Shown: positions 42,665 to 52,810, counted from the stretch's first letter. The stretch is 64,000 nucleotides of DNA from Nitrospirota bacterium (GCA_040754455.1 JBFMCP010000004.1:32001-96000), one strand, 5' to 3'. The notes: generated by a model not told the origin, from the sequence alone. A program made the numbers and translations.

Positions 42665-44708
42665 ACGTGGCTGGTATCTCGATCGTAAAGATGCTGCCCT
42701 GCGGGTTATTGTCCCGCACCAGAATCCTGCCTTCATGGTCGGCCACGATCTTGTTGGCAATCGCAAGACCGAGGCCGGTGCCGCCCTTCCTGCCGGAAAA
42801 ATAGGGTAAAAAGAGCTTTTCTTTTTCTTCATCTCTGATTCCCGGCCCTGTGTCAGCGATGTCGATGATAACCTTGCTCTCTCCGCTCGCCCGGACGGAA
42901 ATAGTAACCACACCCCTGTTGTCCATTGCCTTTATGGCATTATCGATGATATTGACAAAGACCCTCTTGAATTGCTCTCCGTCCAGGGATACCGGAGGCA
43001 TCGTATCCGGGGTGACGAGCTTTATCGTGACATCTTTGAACCCTTTGTAGAGATCAACGGCAGCAGAGATCAGCTCGGTGAGATTGACCGGTGTTTTGTG
43101 CACTTCAGGCATTTTGCCGTATCGCGAGAAGACATCCACCAACGTCCTCAGGCTTTCGACCTCTGAAATAATCGTTTTCGTCGATTTCTCAAAGACCGCA
43201 TCGAAATCCTCGTCCCGCTGCTGCCATTTTTTGATGAGCCGCTCGGTAGAGAGCTTAATGGGGGTAAGCGGGTTCTTGATCTCGTGGGCGAGCCGCCGTG
43301 CCACCTCCTGCCAGGTAATCACCTTTTGGGCCTTTATGATTTCGGTAAGGTCATGAAAGACGACCAGCATGCCGAGGGCCTTGGCTGTATAGGACTCCCG
43401 TATTCCCGAGATATAAATCCTGAGAAGGGCGATCCTGCCGTTGACATTGACCTTAACCTCTCTTTTGATCTCCCTGATCTCCTTGCCTTCCATCTCCCGG
43501 GCTAGAGCAGAGAGATCCTCCGAGGCGAGCGCAGCAATGAGATCGTTGTAGTCTTTGCCGGTCCAGTCCTCCTGCCGCACGTTAAGAATAGTGCAGGCAG
43601 CCCTGTTGATCGTAAGGATTTCTCCGTCATTGGCGAGGAAGATGACCCCGGAATTAATATTCTCAAGGATATTTTCGAGAAAGAGCCTCCTCTTGTCGGA
43701 CTCCAGATAGGCTTTTTCGAGAGAATCATTACTGTCCTTCAGCTGTTTAACCATCTGGTTGAAGGAGGTGATCAGGAGACCGATTTCGTCCTCGCTGTGG
43801 GTAGTGACCTGTACATTGAGGTCCCCGGAAGCGACCCGCTCGGTCGCCATGGCGAGACTCTGGATGGGTGTGGTAATGCCCCGGGATATCTTCAGAGAGA
43901 CCCACAAGCCGGTAAAGACCAGCATCAGCGTCAGAAACCCGAGGATGAGGATGTAGTTGAAGCGGAGCGGCTCTTTAAACGATTCGATTCTCACATAATC
44001 TTCATAGAGCTCTTTGATCCGCTCTGCACGCTCGGAAATGGTCCGGGGGAGCACCAGTTCGACGATAACCACTGCTTTGCCGCTTCTTAACCGCTCCGGA
44101 ACCGCAGCCCGTATGATGTCTCCTTCGTCTTTTGAAATGACCTCGGTGCCTTCCCTCCCTCTAAAGGCATCCTTGACGACCTCTGTCGCATTCTCAGGCA
44201 ATGCGGTGTACGTGTGCACCGACATGCCGGCGAGCGGGGGTGAAGCTCCTTTTGCAATATGTCGTGCAACGCTCAATGCCCGTTCTCGCTCAAAGTCATA
44301 GAACGCCCGGGCAAGTTCGACCGACCTCTTGAAAGGCTCTTTCATCTGAGGAGAAAAGAGGCGGTCAATATAATTGGTTGCGAGCCCGCTTGCGGCAATA
44401 AAGAGGAATGCCGAGGGGATGAGGGTCAGGATCACGAAGATGGCCATGAGCTTTGTCCTGAATTTATAGCCGAGGACGCGACGGCGCCGTTCCATGTAGA
44501 GCGTGAAGATGTTCTTCGCCACAAAGAACATCAGGGTGAGGAGGGCAAGGACATTAAGGGTGAGAAGACTGATGAGCACAAAGCGCGTGGTGACATCCAC
44601 AGAGGGAAGCTTTATGAAGTAAAGCTCAACCGCCGTAAGGGCGACGACAAAGAGCAGTAGGCCAAGGACGACAGCCAAATGCTTCAATATCTTTATGGTC
44701 GTCACCAA
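42663..44708 (-). CDS. ntrY: NtrY-type sensor kinase (TM-HAMP-PAS-HisKA-HATPase)
   Basis: WQEVARRLAHEIKNPLTPIKLS.ERL signature; FLPYFS; GTGLGL. Confidence 0.88.
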   Translation of the reverse strand: MVTTIKILKHLAVVLGLLLFVVALTAVELYFIKLPSVDVTTRFVLISLLTLNVLALLTLMFFVAKNIFTLYMERRRRVLGYKFRTKLMAIFVILTLIPSAFLFIAASGLATNYIDRLFSPQMKEPFKRSVELARAFYDFERERALSVARHIAKGASPPLAGMSVHTYTALPENATEVVKDAFRGREGTEVISKDEGDIIRAAVPERLRSGKAVVIVELVLPRTISERAERIKELYEDYVRIESFKEPLRFNYILILGFLTLMLVFTGLWVSLKISRGITTPIQSLAMATERVASGDLNVQVTTHSEDEIGLLITSFNQMVKQLKDSNDSLEKAYLESDKRRLFLENILENINSGVIFLANDGEILTINRAACTILNVRQEDWTGKDYNDLIAALASEDLSALAREMEGKEIREIKREVKVNVNGRIALLRIYISGIRESYTAKALGMLVVFHDLTEIIKAQKVITWQEVARRLAHEIKNPLTPIKLSTERLIKKWQQRDEDFDAVFEKSTKTIISEVESLRTLVDVFSRYGKMPEVHKTPVNLTELISAAVDLYKGFKDVTIKLVTPDTMPPVSLDGEQFKRVFVNIIDNAIKAMDNRGVVTISVRASGESKVIIDIADTGPGIRDEEKEKLFLPYFSGRKGGTGLGLAIANKIVADHEGRILVRDNNPQGSIFTIEIPAT

Positions 44709-44783
44709 GGCTGTTCCCTGCCTTTCTCAAACATAGTCTTCGCTTCTCTCCGGAAGAAGTGCCTCATTGGTTATCCTTAGCGG

Positions 44784-45410
44784 CTATGGCGTCCCTTTGG
44801 CGGTTATCATAAACGCCGGAGAATCCCTGAAAATTTTGAATTCGTGCTCCGGCACGAAGATGAGAATAGACCTGATGATCGCCGGTAGTTTCCTGATCCG
44901 TGATTCGATCGTAACCTTCACAAAGTACAGTCCGGGTTCCAGCTCCTTGGTGCTGGTCAATTTCAATTCGGGAATGGTTCTTGCCCATTCCATCATCGAA
45001 TTCAGGTCTTTAAACCGTTTTTCGAGATGGGTCTGGCCGCTGATGCTCGTGGCCACGTATTCACGTTTTATCTGATCGCTCTTCAGGATGCGTACGATCT
45101 TTTTGCCCAATACAAATTCATCCGGCCAGACATTCCATACCCTGAAGAGGTCGATGTAGAACGTGAACTCTTTCGAGATGCCCTGGCTCAGATCGTCGGT
45201 CGTCTTAGGGTCAGGTTTTAAAACGGTAGAGACAAAGAGTTCGCTGTTGGCGAGCCTGACATTGATGTCGGTGATCTCGGCGGCAAAAAGGACAGAAGGC
45301 AGAAGCCAGAAGACAGGTAACAGAAGGCAGACGATGAAGCCAGGAATGAAAAACTTTACCTGTGCTCTGGCTTCTGACTTCTGACTTCTGACTTCACCTT
45401 GACATATCAT
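44784..45410 (-). CDS. DUF4390 domain exported protein
   Basis: Signal peptide ending VLFA-A; position upstream of ntrY; GISKEFTFYIDLFR.W..WPDE. The start codon is uncertain. Confidence 0.75.
   Translation of the reverse strand: MICQGEVRSQKSEARAQVKFFIPGFIVCLLLPVFWLLPSVLFAAEITDINVRLANSELFVSTVLKPDPKTTDDLSQGISKEFTFYIDLFRVWNVWPDEFVLGKKIVRILKSDQIKREYVATSISGQTHLEKRFKDLNSMMEWARTIPELKLTSTKELEPGLYFVKVTIESRIRKLPAIIRSILIFVPEHEFKIFRDSPAFMITAKGTP
45291..45393. repeat. Heptamer palindrome inside the DUF4390 5' coding region
   Basis: gacagaa ggcagaa gccagaa gacaggt aacagaa ggcagac ... tctggct tctgact tctgact tctgact. Confidence 0.85.
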
Positions 45411-45480
45411 GGAAAATTTATTTTCATTATAACATAGACGCTTTCAATGGAAGATATATCTCACGAAGGGGGATTGCCTT

Positions 45481-45963
45481 ATGGAGTTGAAGACAGTAGC
45501 GATTACTATTCCCGAGGGCTGCAATATCATTCTCGGCCAGACGCACTTTATCAAGACCGCCGAAGATCTCTATGAAATCATCGCAACCACGGTTCCCCAG
45601 GCAGAGTTCGGCATTGCCTTTACCGAGGCATCGGGCCCTTGTCTGATAAGGACCGAAGGGAACAGCGAAGAGCTTATCAACGTATGCGTCAGGAACCTTC
45701 AGGCGATAGGAGCGGGCCATGTCTTTTGTGTCCTCATGAAGAATGCCTTTCCTATCAATGTCCTCAATCAAATAAAGTGGTGTCCCGAGGTCTGCAGGGT
45801 GTACTGTGCAACAGCGAACCCCCTGCAGGTCGTTGTTGTGTCCGTAGAGCAGGGAAATGGTATCATAGGGGTCATTGACGGTTTTCCTCCGAAGGGTGTC
45901 GAAGGCAGTGAGGACAAAGCCCGGAGAAAGGAGTTTTTGAGGAAGATCGGTTATAAGCTTTAA
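45481..45963 (+). CDS. Adenosine-specific kinase family protein (DUF355)
   Basis: [46 protein letters not shown]. Confidence 0.88.
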   Translation: MELKTVAITIPEGCNIILGQTHFIKTAEDLYEIIATTVPQAEFGIAFTEASGPCLIRTEGNSEELINVCVRNLQAIGAGHVFCVLMKNAFPINVLNQIKWCPEVCRVYCATANPLQVVVVSVEQGNGIIGVIDGFPPKGVEGSEDKARRKEFLRKIGYKL

Positions 45964-45988
45964 AGAAGGCGAGGAGGAAGGAAGAGAA

Positions 45989-46306
45989 GTGATACCGGAA
46001 TTGAAGTATGACGCAAACGGACTTATTCCCGCCATTGTCCAGGATGCCGATAACGGCGATGTGCTGATGATGGCGTATATGAATGAAACCTCGTTGAACA
46101 TGACCATTGAAACGGGCTATACCCATTTCTGGTCGCGGTCACGGCAGAAGTATTGGAAAAAAGGTGAGACCTCAGGGAATGTGCAGGAGGTTAAAGAGAT
46201 ACTGTACGACTGCGACGCCGACACCCTGCTCATCAGGGTGAAGCAGCACGGCCCCGGTGCATGCCATACCGGCGAGCGGACCTGCTTTTACAGGAAAATA
46301 AAGTAG
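45989..46306 (+). CDS. hisI: Phosphoribosyl-AMP cyclohydrolase
   Basis: [33 protein letters not shown]. Confidence 0.95.
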   Translation: MIPELKYDANGLIPAIVQDADNGDVLMMAYMNETSLNMTIETGYTHFWSRSRQKYWKKGETSGNVQEVKEILYDCDADTLLIRVKQHGPGACHTGERTCFYRKIK

Positions 46307-46380
46307 AAGTAAAGAAGCTAAAGGAGAAAATAAAATTTAATTTTTCCCCCATTTACTCCTTACTTCTTGCTTTTGTTTTT
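46303..46380. repeat. Short-repeat palindrome between hisI and the HIT gene
   Basis: agtagaagtaaagaagctaaaggagaaaa ... ttttcccccatttactccttacttcttgctttt. Confidence 0.5.
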
Positions 46381-46389
46381 GGAGGGTAT

Positions 46390-46734
46390 GTGAGCGAGTG
46401 CATTTTCTGTAAGATTATTAACAAGAAAATACCGGCAAAGATCATTTATGAGGACGACCTTGCTCTTGCTTTCGAAGATATTAATCCGCAGGCCCCGGTC
46501 CATACCCTCGTTATTCCCAAAAAACATATTTCTACTGTCCTCGATGTCGTTGACGAAGACCATCGACTCATCGGTCATTTGTTTAAGGTCGCCAATAAGG
46601 TGGCACGGGACAAGGGCATTGCTGAAAGGGGATTCAGGGTGGTAACCAATTGCAATCACGAGAGCGGACAGACCGTGTACCATATTCACTTTCATCTGCT
46701 CGGCGGACGCAGGATGCACTGGCCGCCGGGATAA
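46390..46734 (+). CDS. Histidine triad nucleotide-binding protein (HinT)
   Basis: [37 protein letters not shown] start after GGAGG. Confidence 0.93.
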   Translation: MSECIFCKIINKKIPAKIIYEDDLALAFEDINPQAPVHTLVIPKKHISTVLDVVDEDHRLIGHLFKVANKVARDKGIAERGFRVVTNCNHESGQTVYHIHFHLLGGRRMHWPPG

Positions 46735-46744
46735 AAACAGACAA

Positions 46745-47326
46745 GTGGAAATTCTTGATAAAAAGACCGTCTGGCAAGGGACATTCCTCAGGACGCTTAT
46801 CATTACCTACAAGGACCATTCAGGAGCAGTGCGCACCTGGGAGGCGGTGGAACGGATCAACTGCAACGGCATCGCGGTTATTGCTCCTCTGACACCGGCG
46901 GGTGAACTTCTGCTCACGCGGCAGTTCAGGGTGGTGGTCAACAAATATGTTATCGAATTCCCTGCCGGGCTCAACGATAAGGGCGAAAACATTGCTGAAG
47001 CGGCGCAGCGTGAACTGGTTGAAGAAACCGGATACACAGCTGAATCGTTGATAGCTCTCGGTGAAGGCCCTATTTCGTCGGGAATGTCTACTGAAGTCCT
47101 GACAGCGTTCTGGGCGAGGAATGCGGTTCCTGCCTCGCCTGCAATGAGAGCGCTTTATCCCCCCGATCCGTCTGAGGATATCGAAATCATCAAGGCGCCT
47201 CTGGAGAGGGTGTACGAAATACTCGAAGGCTTTCAGAAAAAGGGGGATATTGTAGACCTTAAAGTGTACGGCATTATCGAACTCCTCAGAAGAGAAGTAG
47301 CCAGAAGACGGAAGTCAAAAGTGTAG
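46745..47326 (+). CDS. NUDIX hydrolase (ADP-ribose pyrophosphatase-like)
   Basis: RQFR, EFPAGL...GE....AAQRELVEETGY. Confidence 0.88.
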   Translation: MEILDKKTVWQGTFLRTLIITYKDHSGAVRTWEAVERINCNGIAVIAPLTPAGELLLTRQFRVVVNKYVIEFPAGLNDKGENIAEAAQRELVEETGYTAESLIALGEGPISSGMSTEVLTAFWARNAVPASPAMRALYPPDPSEDIEIIKAPLERVYEILEGFQKKGDIVDLKVYGIIELLRREVARRRKSKV

Positions 47327-47470
47327 AGTTCAGGAGCCGGGTGCAGGAGCCGGAAGAAAGGCATTGTTGTCAGGGATAAAAGCTCCTTATTCTTTATTCT
47401 GAATTCCCGAAGCGGGTCTGCGCGAAGGAGCGCTTCGGCTGACTCCCGGCTCCTGATTTCTGGATTCTGC
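47295..47470. repeat. Heptamer palindrome overlapping the NUDIX stop codon, with nested 32-bp hairpin
   Basis: agccaga agacgga agtcaaa ... agccgga ... ttctgaa [ccgaagcg...cgcttcgg] ctgactc ccggctc ctgattt ctggatt. Confidence 0.8.
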
Positions 47471-47472
47471 TG

Positions 47473-47655
47473 TCACTCCATTTTTATTGCCTCTACGGGG
47501 CAGATGTTTGCCGCTTCTTCACAATCACAGGTGCTGCATTTATCAGGTCCGATTACCCAGGCCTTGTCATCCCTGAGCTCAAAGACTTCGGGACAGACTT
47601 CGATGCATGAGCCGCACCCAATGCACAGATCGTGATCAACCGTTGGCGTTGCCAT
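47473..47655 (-). CDS. Ferredoxin (4Fe-4S)
   Basis: CIGCGSCIEVCPEVF ... CPVEAI; RBS GAGGAGG. Confidence 0.92.
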   Translation of the reverse strand: MATPTVDHDLCIGCGSCIEVCPEVFELRDDKAWVIGPDKCSTCDCEEAANICPVEAIKME

Positions 47656-47871
47656 ATAAGCCTCCTCTATTGGAATTTTGCAAGTTCATTATTTTTAAAT
47701 TATATCAGATAATTTAGGACCTTCCAGTAAAAAATAGGGGATCGAAAATATTATTGATTTTACTCCCCCTCTTCGGGGTAAGCTATATTGTATAGTATAT
47801 AGTATTGTAATATATGCTGTTCCGGTACTGTTCTCTAAGGGCGGATATCGAATGCGGAGGATAAAGGGCGT

Positions 47872-49128
47872 ATGGATGTAAGACAATTAGTGCTCCAAAA
47901 AGCAAGGGAAGCGAAAGAGGGTGCCAGAAGTCTGGCCAGGGCATCTTCCAGCCAGAAGGACCGTGTGCTCATCAGGATGGCTGAAGCGCTCCAGGAGAGA
48001 GTAGCGGAGCTTGTTGGGGAAAATAAAAAAGACATTGAGTATGCGCAAAAAAAGGGTCTTTCAGCGGCAATGATCGACCGCTTGACCCTGAACGAAAAGC
48101 GTGTCCATGAAATGGCGGCAGGGCTCCGCGAAGTGGCTCAACTTTCTGATCCTGCTGGAGAAATTATAAAAATGTGGCAGCGTCCGAACGGTATGGTCGT
48201 CGGCAAGATGAGGGTACCCATCGGCGTCATCGGAATTATCTACGAAGCCCGCCCCAATGTGACTGCTGATGCGACCAGTCTTTGCCTCAAGGCAGGCAAT
48301 GCAGTGATCCTGCGGGGGGGTTCGGAGGCCATCCACTCTAACAAGGCCATTGTGACCATTTTAAGAGAGGTGGCCAGGAGCGAGGGAATCCACGAGGGGG
48401 CGATTACCTTTATTGATACCCCCGACAGAGAGGCGGTTATGGAGATGCTCAAGCTTGAGGGCATCATCGATCTCATTATCCCGCGCGGAGGAGAGGGCCT
48501 GATACGGACCGTAACCGAAAATTCGCGTATCCCTGTGCTTAAGCACTATAAGGGGGTATGCCATATCTTTGTCGACAGGGACGCCGATATGTCCATGGCA
48601 GAGGATATCTGCTTCAATGCGAAGGTGCAGCGGCCCGGCACCTGCAATGCAATGGAAACCATGCTGGTCGATGAGGCGATTGCAGGAAGATTTCTTCCCC
48701 CGATGATCAGGCGGCTCGAATCAGCAGGTGTTGAGCTGAGGGGATGCTCCAAGACCGTAGCACTCCATCCTGGCATGAAAGCGGTGAAGGAAGAGGATTA
48801 CTACAGCGAGTACCTCGACTTGGTCCTGAATATAAAAATTGTTGCCGATATGGATGAGGCAATGGAGCACATTGCCCGGTACGGCTCGGCGCATTCCGAT
48901 GCAATCGTGACAAAGGACTACGGCAGGGCAATGAGGTTTTTGCGGGAGGTTGATTCTTCTGCTGTTCTGGTCAATGCGTCAACCCGCCTGAACGACGGGT
49001 ACCAGTTCGGGCTGGGGGCGGAGATAGGAATATCCACCGATAAGATACATGCACGGGGGCCGATGGGACTGGAAGAGCTGACCTGCACCAAATTCATAGT
49101 CCTCGGAAGCGGACAAGTACGAAAATAA
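47872..49128 (+). CDS. proA: Gamma-glutamyl phosphate reductase
   Basis: IYEARPNVT, IPRGGEGLI, CNAME, VNASTR, HARGPMGL. Confidence 0.97.
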   Translation: MDVRQLVLQKAREAKEGARSLARASSSQKDRVLIRMAEALQERVAELVGENKKDIEYAQKKGLSAAMIDRLTLNEKRVHEMAAGLREVAQLSDPAGEIIKMWQRPNGMVVGKMRVPIGVIGIIYEARPNVTADATSLCLKAGNAVILRGGSEAIHSNKAIVTILREVARSEGIHEGAITFIDTPDREAVMEMLKLEGIIDLIIPRGGEGLIRTVTENSRIPVLKHYKGVCHIFVDRDADMSMAEDICFNAKVQRPGTCNAMETMLVDEAIAGRFLPPMIRRLESAGVELRGCSKTVALHPGMKAVKEEDYYSEYLDLVLNIKIVADMDEAMEHIARYGSAHSDAIVTKDYGRAMRFLREVDSSAVLVNASTRLNDGYQFGLGAEIGISTDKIHARGPMGLEELTCTKFIVLGSGQVRK

Positions 49129-49140
49129 GGAGGGGAAAAG

Positions 49141-49422
49141 ATGTCTGAAAAGTTGAGTCATGAAGAGTTTGTCAAAAAGGCCATTGTGAGTCTCAGGAAA
49201 GAGGGGTACAAGGGGATTCATACGGTGTATTCGGGATTTAACGAGGCTTTCAAGAAGTACTTCGAGGGAGAAGACCCCATTAAAGTCACCAATCAGCTCG
49301 CGTCACAGGGCAAGATCGTCATACGGCCGGTCAAAGGCGGCGTTATGCTGTATCTCCCCGAAGATGCACCGGCAGGAAAAGGGCAGGCCGACGAAGCGCT
49401 CAAGAAAATGGGGCTCGACTAG
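49141..49422 (+). CDS. Hypothetical protein
   Basis: RBS AGGAGG; in operon position between proA and nadD. Confidence 0.75.
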   Translation: MSEKLSHEEFVKKAIVSLRKEGYKGIHTVYSGFNEAFKKYFEGEDPIKVTNQLASQGKIVIRPVKGGVMLYLPEDAPAGKGQADEALKKMGLD

Positions 49423-49459
49423 ACGCCCCCGCTGAGGGTAGTGTTGTGCGGGGTGCTCG

Positions 49460-50149
49460 GTGAAACTGGGGATTTTCGGCGGTACCTTTAATCCGGTCCA
49501 TTTCGGACATCTGCGTACTGCCGAAGAGGTGAGAGAGGCTGCGCGTCTCGATAGTGTAATCTTTATTCCTTCCGGCAACCCGCCGCTTAAAGCGGTGGAC
49601 CTTATCGAGGCATCGCACCGATACGAGATGGTGAAACGTGCGACAGAGCACAACCGGCACTTCAAGGTCTCCGATATGGAGTTGCAGCGGACGGAAAAGT
49701 CGTATACCGTTACGACGCTGCAGGAACTTGCGACGAGGTTCCCGGGGGACGGGCTTTTTTTTATCCTCGGCATCGATGCATTTCTCGATATTCCCCACTG
49801 GCGACAGCCTGATCAGCTCATGCATATGGCTGATTTCATTATCGTTACAAGACCTGGCTTCGATGTGGCAGACCTGAAAACGTCACCTTATATAAAAGAC
49901 TACGGCGAGCTGTCTGTGCTACGCAGTACACCGGCGAGACAGGGAGAGGAGCCCGAAAGCATGCTGCCCTGTGCCCGGTGCCTGCCACTTGCATTGAAGA
50001 GCGGCAGGAAGGCGTTGCTTGCTACGGTAACTCCCCTGGCGATATCATCGACAGAAATACGGCGATTGGTGAAAGCCGGTAGGAGCATCAGCTATCTCCT
50101 GCCGGAGGCAGTCGAGGAGTATATACACAAACACCACCTGTACCGCTAG
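49460..50149 (+). CDS. nadD: Nicotinate-nucleotide adenylyltransferase
   Basis: FGGTFNPVHFGH, SYTV.TL, ILGID, ISSTEIR. Confidence 0.95.
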   Translation: MKLGIFGGTFNPVHFGHLRTAEEVREAARLDSVIFIPSGNPPLKAVDLIEASHRYEMVKRATEHNRHFKVSDMELQRTEKSYTVTTLQELATRFPGDGLFFILGIDAFLDIPHWRQPDQLMHMADFIIVTRPGFDVADLKTSPYIKDYGELSVLRSTPARQGEEPESMLPCARCLPLALKSGRKALLATVTPLAISSTEIRRLVKAGRSISYLLPEAVEEYIHKHHLYR

Positions 50150-50260
50150 GCGTATCACGGCAGTCCTGTCCCTGAAGAGAGCTCAGCAGTCTTTCCTTGC
50201 CGTAGTGCAAAGGGGTGTACATTGCATTTTTCAACTGATTTTTTGTATGGTGTGTAGCTT

Positions 50261-51415
50261 ATGACGGTTTTCGAGGCAGTGGTCAATAATCTTGATGAGG
50301 CGGTCTTCCTCTTCGACAGAAAGGGCACGCTTACGTTCGTCAATAAGGCGGGTGAGGAGTTTGTCGGCAGGAGCCTCAGGGAGATCGCCCATAGGCAGGC
50401 GAAGGAACTCTTTGCCGGAGCAAAGGATATTGTCCTCTCTCTGCAGAAGACCATCAAAGAGGGACGCGTGTTTAACTCCAGAGATATGGAGATCGATATG
50501 GGCAGGCCTGCCACGATAAATCTGAATATCTCCCCCTTCTATCTCGACGGCAACCTCGAGGGGGCACTGCTCTGTATCCGGGAGAATCTCTCACTGACCA
50601 ACAGGGAGGACTACCACTTCGATACCCTGCTTTATCTCATCGGCTCCATTGCTCATGAGATAAAGAATCCTCTCAGTGGCATCAAGGGGGCTGCGCAGAT
50701 CCTGCGCGGGAATGCCCACAGCCCCGAGTCGATGGAGTGCGTGAACCTTATTCTGAAAGAGGCGGACCGTCTGAACCAGGTGCTCCAGAGCTATCTCACG
50801 ATGACGCGGATGCCTGTGTTCAACCGTCTGAACATTCATGAGGTCATCGAGCATGCGCTCAAGGTGATGGGGACAACGATTCAGGAGAAGGGCATTTCCG
50901 TTGAAAAGTCCTATGATCCGAGTCTCCCCTATCTCCGCGGCGATGAAAGCAAGCTGCTGCAGGTATTTATCAACATCCTGAAGAACGCCGTGGAGGCAAT
51001 CGCGGCAAAGGGAGGCCGTGCTCTCAAAGGGCAGAAAGGAAAGGCAATCTCGTCGAGCAGGGCGCGCGGAGAGCAGCATCCTCCGGCAGTATTGAGCGTT
51101 TCGACGAGGCCGTCTAACGAGTATATGGTGATTTATGAGGGGGTGGGCAGTAGAGAGGCGCAGTCAAAGTCGATCAAGCAGCGGTGGGTGGTCATCGCTA
51201 TCGAGGATTCCGGCATCGGGGTGCCGAGGGAGGATATTGACAAGATCTTCCTGCCGTTTTATACAAAGAAAGAGGGGGGAAGCGGACTCGGATTAGCGCT
51301 TTCCAAAAAGATCATAAAGGACCACGGCGGCATTATCAAGGTCAACAGCAAGATAGGACAGGGGACAACGGTGAGCGTCTATCTCCCCATTCAGGTCGCG
51401 CCTGAGGGAGAATAA
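50261..51415 (+). CDS. ntrB: Cytoplasmic PAS histidine kinase (NtrB/GlnL-like)
   Basis: N-terminal PAS, AHEIKNPLSGIKGAAQIL, NIHEV, YDPSLP; paired with an NtrC-like gene. Confidence 0.75.
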   Translation: MTVFEAVVNNLDEAVFLFDRKGTLTFVNKAGEEFVGRSLREIAHRQAKELFAGAKDIVLSLQKTIKEGRVFNSRDMEIDMGRPATINLNISPFYLDGNLEGALLCIRENLSLTNREDYHFDTLLYLIGSIAHEIKNPLSGIKGAAQILRGNAHSPESMECVNLILKEADRLNQVLQSYLTMTRMPVFNRLNIHEVIEHALKVMGTTIQEKGISVEKSYDPSLPYLRGDESKLLQVFINILKNAVEAIAAKGGRALKGQKGKAISSSRARGEQHPPAVLSVSTRPSNEYMVIYEGVGSREAQSKSIKQRWVVIAIEDSGIGVPREDIDKIFLPFYTKKEGGSGLGLALSKKIIKDHGGIIKVNSKIGQGTTVSVYLPIQVAPEGE

Positions 51416-51421
51416 AAGATC

Positions 51422-52810
51422 ATGGCTAAAAAATTATTGGTGATCGACGATGATGAGAGCGTCATATGGGTCATTAAAAAGGCCTTGGAGCCTCTCGGGT
51501 ACGAGGTAGAGGCGCGGACCGCCATCAAGGCGGGCATCAGGATTGCCGATACGTACAAACTGATCCTCCTCGATCTCGTGCTCCCTGACGGCAACGGCAT
51601 CGACGCACTTAAAGAGATCAAAGTCTTCAATCCCGACGCGCTCGTCATTATCATCACCGCTCACGGCAGGATGGAGAGCGCGATCGACGCGATGCGGGAA
51701 GGTGCCTATGATTATCTCGAAAAGCCCTTTGATATCGAAGAATTAAAAATTGTTGTGGACAAGGCCTTTCGAGACATTGCCATGCGTGAGGAGCTCATCA
51801 AACTGCGGCAGGCCACCGAGGAGTCGATGCCGTTCCAGATCATCGGCAAGTCTCGCAGCATCCTGAAAATCTTCAAGGAGATCGGGAGGGTCGCTCCCAA
51901 AGATGTGACGGTGCTCGTTTCAGGAGAGAGCGGCACCGGCAAGGAGCTCGTGGCCCGGGCAATTCACGCACACAGCAGGAGAAAATTCGGTCCTTTTGTC
52001 GCCATCAATGCGGCATCCATACCGCGGGAGCTCCTCGAGGCGGAGCTCTTCGGCTGGGAAAAGGGGGCCTTCACCGGTGCAGCAGAGAAGACGGCCGGAA
52101 AGATCCAGGCAGCTGACGGCGGGACCCTCTTCCTCGATGAAATTGCGGAGCTCGACATCGACCTCCAGGCGAAGCTGCTGCGCTTTCTGCAGGAGCGTGA
52201 ATACAGTCCGCTGGGGAGCAGCAAGATCGTCAAGGCAGATGTGCGCATCATCGGGGCTACCAACAAAGATCTCAAGGAGGCGGTGAAGAGCGGCCTCTTC
52301 CGCGAGGATCTCTACTACCGCTTTAATGTGATAGAGATAAAGCTGCCCCCGCTCCGGGAGCGCAAGGAGGATATCCTCCCGCTCGGCCGGCATTTTCTCA
52401 AGGAATCCGTCAGGACCTTTGAGCTGCCGCCGAAGAGCTTCTCAAAGGACGCCGAGAAGGCGCTGACGGGATACGACTGGCCCGGCAATGTCAGGGAGCT
52501 CGAGAATACCGTCAAGCGGGCATCGATCCTCTCGAAGGGAAGTCTCATCGAGAGAAAGGATCTCTTTTCCGGTGATTACCACTCCCTCTCTATCAAGGAG
52601 TTTCTGGAGAGCAAGCTCAACGGGTTCATCGACAAGATGACGACGGTCAGAAACTCGAACCTCCACGAGACGGTCATTTCCGAGGTCGAAAAGGCACTCT
52701 TCAGCATTGTTATGAAGGAGACCGGCGGGAACCAGGTCAAGGCGGCCAAGGTGCTCGGCATCAACAGAAACACGCTCAATAAGAAGCTGAAAGAGTACCG
52801 GCTGATTTGA
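51422..52810 (+). CDS. ntrC: NtrC/GlnG-like sigma54 response regulator
   Basis: REC, GESGTGKELVA, GAFTGA, HTH NQVKAAKVLGINRNTL. Confidence 0.78.
   Translation: MAKKLLVIDDDESVIWVIKKALEPLGYEVEARTAIKAGIRIADTYKLILLDLVLPDGNGIDALKEIKVFNPDALVIIITAHGRMESAIDAMREGAYDYLEKPFDIEELKIVVDKAFRDIAMREELIKLRQATEESMPFQIIGKSRSILKIFKEIGRVAPKDVTVLVSGESGTGKELVARAIHAHSRRKFGPFVAINAASIPRELLEAELFGWEKGAFTGAAEKTAGKIQAADGGTLFLDEIAELDIDLQAKLLRFLQEREYSPLGSSKIVKADVRIIGATNKDLKEAVKSGLFREDLYYRFNVIEIKLPPLRERKEDILPLGRHFLKESVRTFELPPKSFSKDAEKALTGYDWPGNVRELENTVKRASILSKGSLIERKDLFSGDYHSLSIKEFLESKLNGFIDKMTTVRNSNLHETVISEVEKALFSIVMKETGGNQVKAAKVLGINRNTLNKKLKEYRLI

Noticed and set aside
50204..50226. Possible NtrC autoregulatory site (gtgcaaaggggtgtacattgca) upstream of ntrB
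   Set aside because: The match to TGCAC-N7-GTGCA is poor.
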